From the NCBI GenBank assembly GCA_037138355.1, contig JBAXIL010000010.1:1-47849 (forward strand): a stretch of DNA of 47,849 nt, read 5' to 3'. This stretch comes from a bacterium. Its GTDB lineage: Bacteria > Oederibacteriota > PGYV01 > Palsa-1178. Positions 39,729-47,849 of this stretch are shown in pieces (the stretch's first letter is position 1; the number at the start of each line of letters is the position of its first letter). Position numbers and translations under genes: made by a program. The notes beneath the pieces are model-generated. The model was given only the letters and a program-made list of their open reading frames with translations. It was not told the origin of the DNA and did not search any database.

Positions 39729-40547
39729 TCAAACCGCAGAATGGAGTTTTTTCTTTATCTCACCAAACTGATAATTAATGTCTGTATCTACAATCTCACT
39801 GTCTGATTCAAGCCTGCATTCTCCACGCTCAAGCATGTCATCCGGCAATATATGAAGAGTTTCGTTTATGTCAGTTAATTTAACAAAATCATTTCTGTGT
39901 AACTTGATTATTTCTAAATCTTCTGGATTACAATAAATAATAATTTTTTCTTTATTCTCAAGCATTTTTATAGCATCAGTTACAAATTTAACAACTATTT
40001 CTTTATTATCTACTAATTCTTTACCTACAACTTTTTGTGCTATGTCAATTGCAAGATTGACAATATCATCTTCTGTATTTTTAATAATTTTTTGTTTTTC
40101 TGAAAGGGCCATTTCTGTAATTGCAGTAAGTGCATTTATTAAAGACATATACTTACGATTCGTTTCAGCCTTTCCCTTTTCTAAACCTTCAAAATATCCT
40201 TTTTCAAAACCAGCTTCATAACCTTCTTTTTCTTTTACGATTTTTAGGGCTTCTGCTTGTTCAGCCGCTACTTGAAGCTTTACAGCAATTTCTGCTTGGG
40301 CACTTTCTTTTAAATCTTGATTTAGTTTTTCAAGTGAAGATAACTCTTCTTTCTTTTGTTCTACTTGCAGTGCTATGACTTTATACTCATCATCAACATT
40401 TGCCTTTTTTTCTTCTGGAGTAACTGTCTGTGGTGGCTTAGCAGTCTCGGTTTCCACCTTAACAGCCTTCGATAAAAAAGAACCCCGTAACTTGTACGGG
40501 GTGTCTTTTATATTATATTCACCTGAGGTATACAGGTTTTTATACAA
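39729..40547 (-). CDS. fliH: Flagellar assembly protein FliH
   Basis: GxxxG repeats (EGYEAGFEKGYFEGLEKG); lies between fliG and fliI. Confidence 0.9.
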   Translation of the reverse strand: MYKNLYTSGEYNIKDTPYKLRGSFLSKAVKVETETAKPPQTVTPEEKKANVDDEYKVIALQVEQKKEELSSLEKLNQDLKESAQAEIAVKLQVAAEQAEALKIVKEKEGYEAGFEKGYFEGLEKGKAETNRKYMSLINALTAITEMALSEKQKIIKNTEDDIVNLAIDIAQKVVGKELVDNKEIVVKFVTDAIKMLENKEKIIIYCNPEDLEIIKLHRNDFVKLTDINETLHILPDDMLERGECRLESDSEIVDTDINYQFGEIKKKLHSAV

Positions 40548-41538
40548 AAATTTCCTCCTCGCCGCCGCGGGCTACGACGATCTCGCCCATCTCTTCCAGC
40601 TGACGAATCACATTTACTATCTTTTGTTGCGCTTCTTCTGTGGTCTTCAAACGGACTGGACCCATAACTTCCATATCTTCAAGTATCATCTGACGCGCAC
40701 GACTTGACATATTTTTTAATACTTTATTTTTACATTCTTCAGAAGCGCCCTTCAAAGCAAGCACAAGATCCTTAGAATCTATCTCACGCAAAATCTGCTG
40801 TATGGTTCTATCATCCAAAAGAAGTATATCATCAAACACAAACATAAGTCTTTTTATTTCGTCAGCTAAATCAGGATTATTCTCTTCAAGTTTTTCCATA
40901 ATAGCTTTTTCAGTTGATCTATCTACTCTATTTAATATTTCAGCCACATTTCTAACTCCGCCCGCTGAAGCAAACTCCTGTGTAAAGACCGAAGCTATTC
41001 TTCTCTCCAATACTTTTTCTACTTCCATAATAATTTCTGGAGTTGCTCTATCCATGGTTGCTATTCTTGTTGCTACATCCACCTGTATTTCTGGTGGCAA
41101 AGAAGAAATAATAGTGGAGGACTGGTCAGCCGACAAATGAGCAAGCACAAGTGCGATTGTCTGCGGATGTTCGTTTTGTATAAAGTTTAAAATCTGTTGT
41201 GGATCAGTTTTCTTAATGAAATCAAAAGGCGTCATCTGTAAAGCGCCCTGCAATCTATTTAATATTTCTATCGCTTTCTGCTCTCCTAATGCTTTTTCGA
41301 GCAATTCTCTTGCGTATTCTATACCACCCTGAGAAATATATTCTTCCGCGAGTGCAAGCTGATAGCTTTCTTCGAGAACCATATCTCTATCTTGTGGTTG
41401 CACTCTTTTTGTGTTTGCTATTTGAAGAGTTATCTGTTCGACAACTTCATCACTTAAGTTTCTAAAAACCTCGGCTGACAAATCTGGACCAAGGGTTATC
41501 AATAATACTGCTGCTTTTTGCTCTCCAGTTAATGCCAT
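40540..41538 (-). CDS. fliG: Flagellar motor switch protein FliG
   Basis: KAAVLL..LG, GGIEYA, EHPQTIA, MFVFDD, NMSSRA, GPVR. Confidence 0.97.
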   Translation of the reverse strand: MALTGEQKAAVLLITLGPDLSAEVFRNLSDEVVEQITLQIANTKRVQPQDRDMVLEESYQLALAEEYISQGGIEYARELLEKALGEQKAIEILNRLQGALQMTPFDFIKKTDPQQILNFIQNEHPQTIALVLAHLSADQSSTIISSLPPEIQVDVATRIATMDRATPEIIMEVEKVLERRIASVFTQEFASAGGVRNVAEILNRVDRSTEKAIMEKLEENNPDLADEIKRLMFVFDDILLLDDRTIQQILREIDSKDLVLALKGASEECKNKVLKNMSSRARQMILEDMEVMGPVRLKTTEEAQQKIVNVIRQLEEMGEIVVARGGEEEIFV

Positions 41539-41542
41539 TCGG

Positions 41543-43150
41543 TCACCTCTTCTCTTCCGTTAACCAGCGTTTTATTAACTGGACGATTATTTTAGGATTT
41601 TCTCTTGCAATTTTTGTTATTTGACGCTTCATCTCAGCGCGTTTCTGTGCTTCTGCAAGTTCTGCTGCCGAAGGCACTGCTTCAAGCGGCATATCTGACT
41701 CTTCTACAGCTTTGGAAGAATTAGCAGCCATTTCAATCTGTCTGCGTAATTTTTCTCTTATAGCTTTTGGTTTGAGTGTTGAACGCAAGAAGAATAGTGC
41801 AAATACGAGTATTCCAATTATGATACCCAAGCTTAATAGTGTAGTCATGTATTTTTCACGGTTTGAAGTATCTTCAATATTCTGCTGTTGTTTTTGTGCT
41901 GAATTATCAAATGATAGATTTTCAACAGCGACCTGATCACCACGCAATAAATCAAGTCCTGCAGCTGCTATGACAACATTCTTAATAGCCGAAACTTGCT
42001 GTGGCTGAAGATTGTCAACCATAACAGCAACTGAAAGTCTTTTTACTGCTCCAACTGTTTCTACTACATGTTTTTCTCTTTTAGTTATTTCATAATTTTC
42101 AGTTGCTTCTGATTTGGAATATTGTGAGTTGCCACTTAATACTGATTTGTAACCTGGGATATTTGAATCTGTTCCAGGAACGCCTCCAGGATAAACGCCT
42201 GCTCCAGTATAACTTTCAAGATTTCTTTTAGAACTTCTGATGATTCCTTTTCCACCGATAATCGGTTCATACACTTCATCTTTTTTCTCTACTTGATCAA
42301 AGTTAAGCTCTACTGTAACTTGAACAGATGTTCTATTAGCTCCTAATACGCGTCCGAGCATTGATTCTACTCTTCTTTTTACATCTCTTTCAAAATCCTT
42401 CTGTATTTTTATCTGCTGATTTGTAAGTTTTAACTGTTTGGAAAAAGAGTTTGTAGTACCATCTTCCGTGAGTTCATCTTTTATAATATCGCTTAAGTTT
42501 TCACCCTTAGTATCTACTATAGTAACATTGACTGGGGACAAACCTTCGACGCTGCTTGCCACAAGATGAACTATAGATTTGGTCTGATCGTATGTTAACT
42601 TATCTTCATATCTCATTTTGATTACAACAGAAGCCGTCGGTTCTTTTTGACTTTCTTCATACAATTCTTTTTTTGGAAGGACAAGATGAACGCGAGCTTC
42701 CTGTATCACATCTATTGCAGCAATAGTTCTTGAAAGCTCTCCTTCAAGCGCTCTTACATAATTAATTCTCTGAGTAAAATCCGTTACTCCAAGATTGGCT
42801 TTGTCAAATATTTCAAATCCTACGCCGCCACCTTTAGGAAGACCACTTGTTGCTAATTCTAATCTCGCATCATATAAAAATTTAACAGGCACAGTTATTA
42901 CTTTACCGCCGCCCTCTATTTTGTACGGAACTTTTTTATCTTTTAACTGCTTTATTATTGCTCCTGCATCTTCCGAACTCAAATTAGAAAAAAGAGGCAT
43001 GTAATTTGGGGCTGAAGAATAAATTGCAATAACGGTTGCTAAAATTATTATAGCCGCAGGTATTGATATCCACATAATGCGCTGGTTAGTATTAAAACCT
43101 TGCCATGATGTCTTTATGCGTTCCCAAGTCCTAAGTAAAAATTCGTTCAC
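41543..43150 (-). CDS. fliF: MS-ring protein FliF
   Basis: GFEIFD...G.TDF...NY.RALEGELSRTI, ARVHLV.P, ASV, RLSVAV, RGDQV.V. Confidence 0.96.
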   Translation of the reverse strand: MNEFLLRTWERIKTSWQGFNTNQRIMWISIPAAIIILATVIAIYSSAPNYMPLFSNLSSEDAGAIIKQLKDKKVPYKIEGGGKVITVPVKFLYDARLELATSGLPKGGGVGFEIFDKANLGVTDFTQRINYVRALEGELSRTIAAIDVIQEARVHLVLPKKELYEESQKEPTASVVIKMRYEDKLTYDQTKSIVHLVASSVEGLSPVNVTIVDTKGENLSDIIKDELTEDGTTNSFSKQLKLTNQQIKIQKDFERDVKRRVESMLGRVLGANRTSVQVTVELNFDQVEKKDEVYEPIIGGKGIIRSSKRNLESYTGAGVYPGGVPGTDSNIPGYKSVLSGNSQYSKSEATENYEITKREKHVVETVGAVKRLSVAVMVDNLQPQQVSAIKNVVIAAAGLDLLRGDQVAVENLSFDNSAQKQQQNIEDTSNREKYMTTLLSLGIIIGILVFALFFLRSTLKPKAIREKLRRQIEMAANSSKAVEESDMPLEAVPSAAELAEAQKRAEMKRQITKIARENPKIIVQLIKRWLTEEKR

Positions 43151-43172
43151 ACGTGCACCTCACGGTTATATT

Positions 43173-43514
43173 TTATATCTGCATTCTCATTATTTCTTGA
43201 TAGGCGTCTGTAACTTTGCTTTTAATCTGAATTGCTAACTGTAAAGTAAGCTGAGCTTTCTGTGCAGCGAGCATTACATTGTGAAGTTCTATGTTTTGAC
43301 CTGAAGCAAGTTTTGCGATAGCATCATCTGCACCAGTCTGAGTTTCGTTTACTGATTTAATTGCTGTATTGAGAAGTTCTTTGAAATCTATTCTATCAGG
43401 AGCTACTGCCTTTTGTGCTTCTTGAACGCCTATAGCCGTATTGTTTAAAATAGAAGCAGGCATTCCTATGCTTCCTGTTATTCCTTCTATGGCTCCCACT
43501 ATAGGTATTGACAT
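43173..43514 (-). CDS. fliE: Hook-basal body protein FliE
   Basis: LHNVM.A.QKA.L.LQ....I..K...AYQEIMRMQI. Confidence 0.96.
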   Translation of the reverse strand: MSIPIVGAIEGITGSIGMPASILNNTAIGVQEAQKAVAPDRIDFKELLNTAIKSVNETQTGADDAIAKLASGQNIELHNVMLAAQKAQLTLQLAIQIKSKVTDAYQEIMRMQI

Positions 43515-43527
43515 TAGCTATTCTCCT

Positions 43528-43977
43528 TTACGCCTTGCCAATTTCAAGAGCTTTTGCAGCCATTGTCTTCGCCGAATTAATCGAAGTAACATTTGCTTCA
43601 TATGCTCTCGTGGCAGAAATCATATCAACCATTTCTTTAACTATATTTACATTTGGCATTGCGACATAACCGTCTTTATTTGCATCAGGATGACCTGGAT
43701 CATACATAAGTCTTGGAGGTGTTTGGTCATTAACTATGCCTGTTACCTTAACGCCCTGAAATAAATTCGCTTGTTTTGTTTTATCAAAAACATAAGGAAA
43801 TAAAAATCCGACTTTTTCGCCTCTTGGTTCAAACACAACACGCTGTCTTAAGTAAGGTCCGCCTTCAATTGTTCTTGTAGTATTAACATTTGCTATATTA
43901 TTAGATATGACATCCATTCTTAATCGTTCAGCAGTCAAGCCTGATGCGCTTATTGCAAAAGCATTGAATATACCCAT
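43528..43977 (-). CDS. flgC: Basal-body rod protein FlgC
   Basis: [44 protein letters not shown]. Confidence 0.97.
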   Translation of the reverse strand: MGIFNAFAISASGLTAERLRMDVISNNIANVNTTRTIEGGPYLRQRVVFEPRGEKVGFLFPYVFDKTKQANLFQGVKVTGIVNDQTPPRLMYDPGHPDANKDGYVAMPNVNIVKEMVDMISATRAYEANVTSINSAKTMAAKALEIGKA

Positions 43978-44001
43978 TTACAAAGGCCTCCTAATTTAAA
44001 C

Positions 44002-44433
44002 TTATGATTTAATCACATCACGCAGCATACCGAGCTTCATTGAAGTCAACTGTGCAAGCGTGGAATAATAAGCAGTATTTTCTGCCATTTTTGACATTTC
44101 AATATCAATATCAACATTATTACCGTCGTTTCTTGAAGAAGTTTCTGTGTTTGTAATAATTTCTGGATTGACTGATTCTATGGTCATCTGAGGCATAAAA
44201 GAAATATGATTTTTATTTGTGACTGCTAAAGGAAGATAGCTTTTTTCAGCTCCGTTGAGAACCTGATCTAACTTGCTTTGAAATACTACTTCTGAGCGTT
44301 TATAGCCCGGAGTATTTACATTAGCAATATTATTACTTGTCATCTGCTGTTGCAGAGACGAAGCATTAAGAGACTTCTCTAATATCTGGTATATTTCACT
44401 GGAAATAATGCCATCAATCACAGAAACACTCAC
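44002..44433 (-). CDS. flgB: Basal-body rod protein FlgB
   Basis: [25 protein letters not shown]. Confidence 0.96.
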   Translation of the reverse strand: MSVSVIDGIISSEIYQILEKSLNASSLQQQMTSNNIANVNTPGYKRSEVVFQSKLDQVLNGAEKSYLPLAVTNKNHISFMPQMTIESVNPEIITNTETSSRNDGNNVDIDIEMSKMAENTAYYSTLAQLTSMKLGMLRDVIKS

Positions 44434-44483
44434 CTTTTTTTATTTTTATATATAAAAATAAACTATTTCCATCAAGTGTATAT

Positions 44484-44512
44484 ATAATACTTAATTTATT
44501 TTTTTTTGTCAA
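44484..44512 (-). promoter_or_regulatory. sigma70 promoter for the flgB operon
   Basis: Minus strand TTGACA-17 nt-TATTAT. Confidence 0.65.
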
Positions 44513-44552
44513 CTACATTATTAGTTTCAAATTTATGAAACCATGTTTTAAG

Positions 44553-44918
44553 TTATTTTGAGTGTTTATACGCTTTATATGAATTAATATACTTGCCAGA
44601 TTGCAATTCCACTGCCTGAGAAATAAGCAATTCATTCTCTTTTTCAAGCGTTATTAGCTCATATAGCGCAGTATTTATCTTGTTGACTGTCTCTTTTGCA
44701 TTTTCAGAATACTTTTGACCATCTTTTGAGGCAAGTAATAGTTGTTTGTCTGCTTCAAGCATGTTTTTTATAGCTTCATTTTTTTTTACATCTATACCCG
44801 CAATTTTGTCAAAAACTTTGTTTTTAATAAGCTTGTTTTCTTCCTTAGAATACCCCGCTGCTAATACCACAAATTCCTGTTTGTTTTTTAGTAAAAGTTC
44901 CAATTGCTTTTGTTCCAC
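44553..44918 (-). CDS. FlgN/FliT-like helical export chaperone (putative)
   Basis: All-helical 121-aa pattern (K...I..M...D; I...L..L..LEKEN..L); lies just upstream of flgB. Confidence 0.5.
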   Translation of the reverse strand: MEQKQLELLLKNKQEFVVLAAGYSKEENKLIKNKVFDKIAGIDVKKNEAIKNMLEADKQLLLASKDGQKYSENAKETVNKINTALYELITLEKENELLISQAVELQSGKYINSYKAYKHSK

Positions 44919-44920
44919 TG

Positions 44921-45397
44921 CTATTCCGCCTTTATTTTATTTATGATAGCCCTAATGTCGTCTGCGGTCATTGCTTGCGAAAAATCTATTTTCAATTCAA
45001 AAATCTTTTCAAGAAGCATATTAACAAACATATCATTACTTAAACGCGTACTACTACCTGAACCTTTAATTTTTTTAACTATTTTGACAATACGCTCAAA
45101 GTTTTTTCTATCTAACCTTGATACTCTTTGAAGTTTTTTATTTTTTGTTTTCTTAATTCCCTGCTCAATATTTTTAACTGGCTTTACTGTCATAGTATTC
45201 TTTATTGTTTTTCCAATTTCAGCATCTGTTGATAAAGCATTTGGCTTGGTTGAGTTTGCTATTGCATGAGGAAGCTCAGCAAAACGAAACTCTTCATCTT
45301 TTTTGGCTTTATCTGCCAAATCTTTTTGTTCTTTTAACTTTTTGAGTCTTTCAATCTGCGCCTGCGCTCCAGTAAAAGCAGATTTTTCATTATCCAT
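44921..45397 (-). CDS. Basic hypothetical protein with a possible ribbon-helix-helix C-terminus
   Basis: 158 aa, AAGGGG SD; Lys-rich linker, then RVSRLDRKNFERIVKIV..LSNDMFVNMLLE. Confidence 0.6.
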   Translation of the reverse strand: MDNEKSAFTGAQAQIERLKKLKEQKDLADKAKKDEEFRFAELPHAIANSTKPNALSTDAEIGKTIKNTMTVKPVKNIEQGIKKTKNKKLQRVSRLDRKNFERIVKIVKKIKGSGSSTRLSNDMFVNMLLEKIFELKIDFSQAMTADDIRAIINKIKAE

Positions 45398-45443
45398 TTG
45401 TTTATCCCCTTTGAAAAAAATTAACTAATGACCAAGTTATTTA

Positions 45444-46706
45444 TCATCCTTCATTTTCAAGTTTAATATTTGCCCCTAAACCTGCAAGCTTTAGTTCGAG
45501 ATTTTCATAACCTCTGTCTAAGTGATATATTCTTCTTATTTCAGTTTCGCCTTCAGCTGCCAAACCTGCTATTATCAAAGCCGCACTGGCTCTTAAATCT
45601 GACGCCATTACATTTGCTCCGCTTAGCTTCTTAACTCCTGTCACTACCGATGTATTTCCATCGATTTTGATATCTGCTCCCATTCTTGCAAGTTCAGGAA
45701 CATGCATAAACCTATTTTCCCATATTTTTTCTTTTATTATCGTACCGCCTTGGGCCAAGGTCATAAGAGCCATCCACTGTGCCTGTATGTCTGTAGGAAA
45801 TCCCGGATATGGCTCAGTAGTTATATCAACGCCTTTAAGTCTTCCTTTATGCGGTTTTACAAGAACTGATTTATCTTTTATTTCAAATCTGGCTCCTGCT
45901 TCTCTTAGCTTATCAAAAAAAAGTTCAAGATGTTGAGTACAAACATTTTCCACAGTTACTGTTCCCTTCGTAATAACTGCTGCCGCAATTAAAGTTGCAG
46001 CTTCTATTCTGTCTGATATCACATTATATTTTTTTACTCCATGTAAGCTTTTTACACCAGTTATAGTGATGGTTCCAGTTCCTGTGCCTTCTATCTTAGC
46101 ACCCATTTCTTTTAAGAAGCTGATTGCTTCAGTAATCTCTGGTTCTTTTGAGGCATTTTCAAGTACTGTTTTGCCTTGCGCCAAAACAGCTGCCAACATA
46201 GTATTAACAGTCGCTCCTAATGAAACTTTAGGAAAAACAATTTTGGCACCTTTTAATTTTTTTGCAGTTGCAAGAACATAGCCATGTTTGATTTCAATTT
46301 TAGCACCTAACTTTTTCATAGCCATGAGATGCAAATCTATAGGACGAAGCCCAATCGCACAACCACCAGGAAGTGAAACTTTCGCTTTTCCAAACTTTCC
46401 AAGTAAAGGACCAAGAACATAAATCGAAGCACGCATTGTTTTAACCAAATCATAAGGCGCACTAAAATTATTTATTGTGTCTGGCTGGACATGTAGCGTA
46501 TTATCGTCCACAAAAGCTTTTGCTCCCAATATTATAAAAAGTTCTGACATAGTTCTAATATCACGGACCATTGGTATTCCAGAAATCGTAGAAGGTTCAT
46601 CAGATAATAAAGCTGCAGCCATAATAGGAAGTGTTGCGTTCTTAGACCCACCAGTGCGGACTATCCCTTTAAGTACTCGCCCACCGCGTATTACCATTTT
46701 CTTCAT
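45444..46706 (-). CDS. murA: UDP-N-acetylglucosamine 1-carboxyvinyltransferase
   Basis: GSKNATLP, MRASI, LPGGCAIG.RPID.H (catalytic Cys), PGFPTD.Q, DLRA, HLDRGYE. Confidence 0.98.
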   Translation of the reverse strand: MKKMVIRGGRVLKGIVRTGGSKNATLPIMAAALLSDEPSTISGIPMVRDIRTMSELFIILGAKAFVDDNTLHVQPDTINNFSAPYDLVKTMRASIYVLGPLLGKFGKAKVSLPGGCAIGLRPIDLHLMAMKKLGAKIEIKHGYVLATAKKLKGAKIVFPKVSLGATVNTMLAAVLAQGKTVLENASKEPEITEAISFLKEMGAKIEGTGTGTITITGVKSLHGVKKYNVISDRIEAATLIAAAVITKGTVTVENVCTQHLELFFDKLREAGARFEIKDKSVLVKPHKGRLKGVDITTEPYPGFPTDIQAQWMALMTLAQGGTIIKEKIWENRFMHVPELARMGADIKIDGNTSVVTGVKKLSGANVMASDLRASAALIIAGLAAEGETEIRRIYHLDRGYENLELKLAGLGANIKLENEG

Positions 46707-46761
46707 TTAGTCATCCCTTTTTGGCAATTAAACGCCATTAAATTACAACAACAAACAAATA

Positions 46762-46790
46762 ATTATAATATGTTTTAGTGTGATAGTCAA
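46762..46790 (-). promoter_or_regulatory. sigma70 promoter for murA
   Basis: Minus strand TTGACT-17 nt-TATAAT. Confidence 0.65.
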
Positions 46791-46880
46791 AAGGATTATT
46801 TTAAAACGAAAGATAATTACTTAATTTGCTCTTCATTAAAAAATAGCATTTAGTGTTTAAATATTTTTAAATAATAAATA

Positions 46881-47849
46881 CTAAACAGCAGGACTTAAAG
46901 CTATTCCCTTAAAAGTCAGTTCGGCTTCTGCTATAAGCTCCTGCATTAGTTCTTTAACGGTAACTATTTTTGTAACTCTCCATGCATTCGCACCACAAAA
47001 AGCAAAACCATTATTGAGAATCCCTTTTGCCGCACTCACAAGCGCTGAAGCTATACAATAAGGACTATCTTCTACTTTGCAGGTTTTTAAACAATGATAA
47101 GGACATTTGATTGGAACTTTATGGCCTTGTTCAACAAGTTCAAGAAATTTATTTTTTATAGCGCGTCCTGGAAGACCTACTGGAGATTGTATGAGAACTA
47201 TATCTTCTTCTTTGCAATTAATAAAGGCCTGTTTAAAAAGTGGGCTGGCATCACATTCTTCGGTTGCAACAAATCTGGTTCCCATTTGTACGCCAGATGC
47301 TCCAAGTTCCATAATTCTTGCAATATCTGTGCCAGTATATATACCACCAGCAGCAATTACAGGTATTTTTCTTCCATACTTTGCTTCATAAGGTTTTACT
47401 GCTTCAATAACATCAGTAATAAGTTTTTCAATATTATGTCCTTCGATATTTTCAAGTTCTTTATAAGAAAATCCGAGATGTCCTCCTGCTTTTGGACCTT
47501 CTACTATAACTAAATCAGGAATAGTATTATACTTAGTATCCCACGCCTTACAAATAATATGCGCGCTTCTTCCAGACGAAGCAATCGGTGCAAGTTTTAC
47601 ATTTGACTTCATTTCTATTTTAAATTTCGGAAGATTAAGAGGAAGACCTGCTCCTGAAATAATAATATCAATTCCTTCTTCTATGGAAGTTCTCACAATG
47701 TCATCATAATTTGTCATTGCTCCGAGAATATTTACACCAAGTAAACCTTTTGTCATGGCTTTTGCTTTTCTAATTTCATCTCTTAATGCTCTGTTATTTG
47801 ATTCTACAAAATTCGAAAAAGCATCTTCTTGTTTATAACATATTCCCAC
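46881..47849 (-). CDS. Nitronate monooxygenase / FabK-like FMN oxidoreductase; 5' end outside the window
   Basis: SGAGLP, VEGPKAGGHLG, PVIAAGGI, GVQMGTRF, SPVGLPGRA, C-xx-C-xxx-C..YCI. Confidence 0.9.
   Translation of the reverse strand: MGICYKQEDAFSNFVESNNRALRDEIRKAKAMTKGLLGVNILGAMTNYDDIVRTSIEEGIDIIISGAGLPLNLPKFKIEMKSNVKLAPIASSGRSAHIICKAWDTKYNTIPDLVIVEGPKAGGHLGFSYKELENIEGHNIEKLITDVIEAVKPYEAKYGRKIPVIAAGGIYTGTDIARIMELGASGVQMGTRFVATEECDASPLFKQAFINCKEEDIVLIQSPVGLPGRAIKNKFLELVEQGHKVPIKCPYHCLKTCKVEDSPYCIASALVSAAKGILNNGFAFCGANAWRVTKIVTVKELMQELIAEAELTFKGIALSPAV

Noticed and set aside
64..47513. Numerous short plus-strand ORFs (60-166 aa) and nested minus-strand ORFs in the track
   Set aside because: They are antisense or out-of-frame shadows of well-supported genes, with no motifs or convincing RBS.

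Overview
AT-rich bacterial chromosomal window (standard code) from a probable diderm organism: it encodes outer-membrane beta-barrels, including a PorV/UPF0164-like barrel. Positions 1-14.2 kb hold envelope and housekeeping genes: a truncated PorV-like/FlgD-Ig fusion missed by the ORF track, a membrane-TolB-propeller protein, sppA, a Gfo/Idh/MocA oxidoreductase, an OMP, a methyltransferase, prfB with an intact programmed +1 frameshift, and pheT (without pheS)-zapB-like-zapA. Positions 14.2-45.4 kb hold a nearly all minus-strand flagellar cluster in Firmicutes/spirochete gene order (flgBC fliEFGHIJ fliK flgD TIGR02530 flgE flbD motAB fliLMY fliOPQR flhBAFG fliA fapA, then SwrB-like, FliK-like and FlhB-C-like genes), with no chemotaxis or L/P-ring genes. 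murA and a truncated nitronate monooxygenase-family gene end the window. Most notable: the hook module fliK-flgD-TIGR02530-flgE is a self-contained transcription unit with a perfect TTGACA-17-TATAAT promoter and a strong terminator. The leaders of fliK and flgE carry two copies of one RNA stem-loop, with different stem sequences but an identical YGGA/AA internal loop. This is a candidate post-transcriptional hook-control system, and the co-encoded TIGR02530 protein (or CsrA) is the possible partner.
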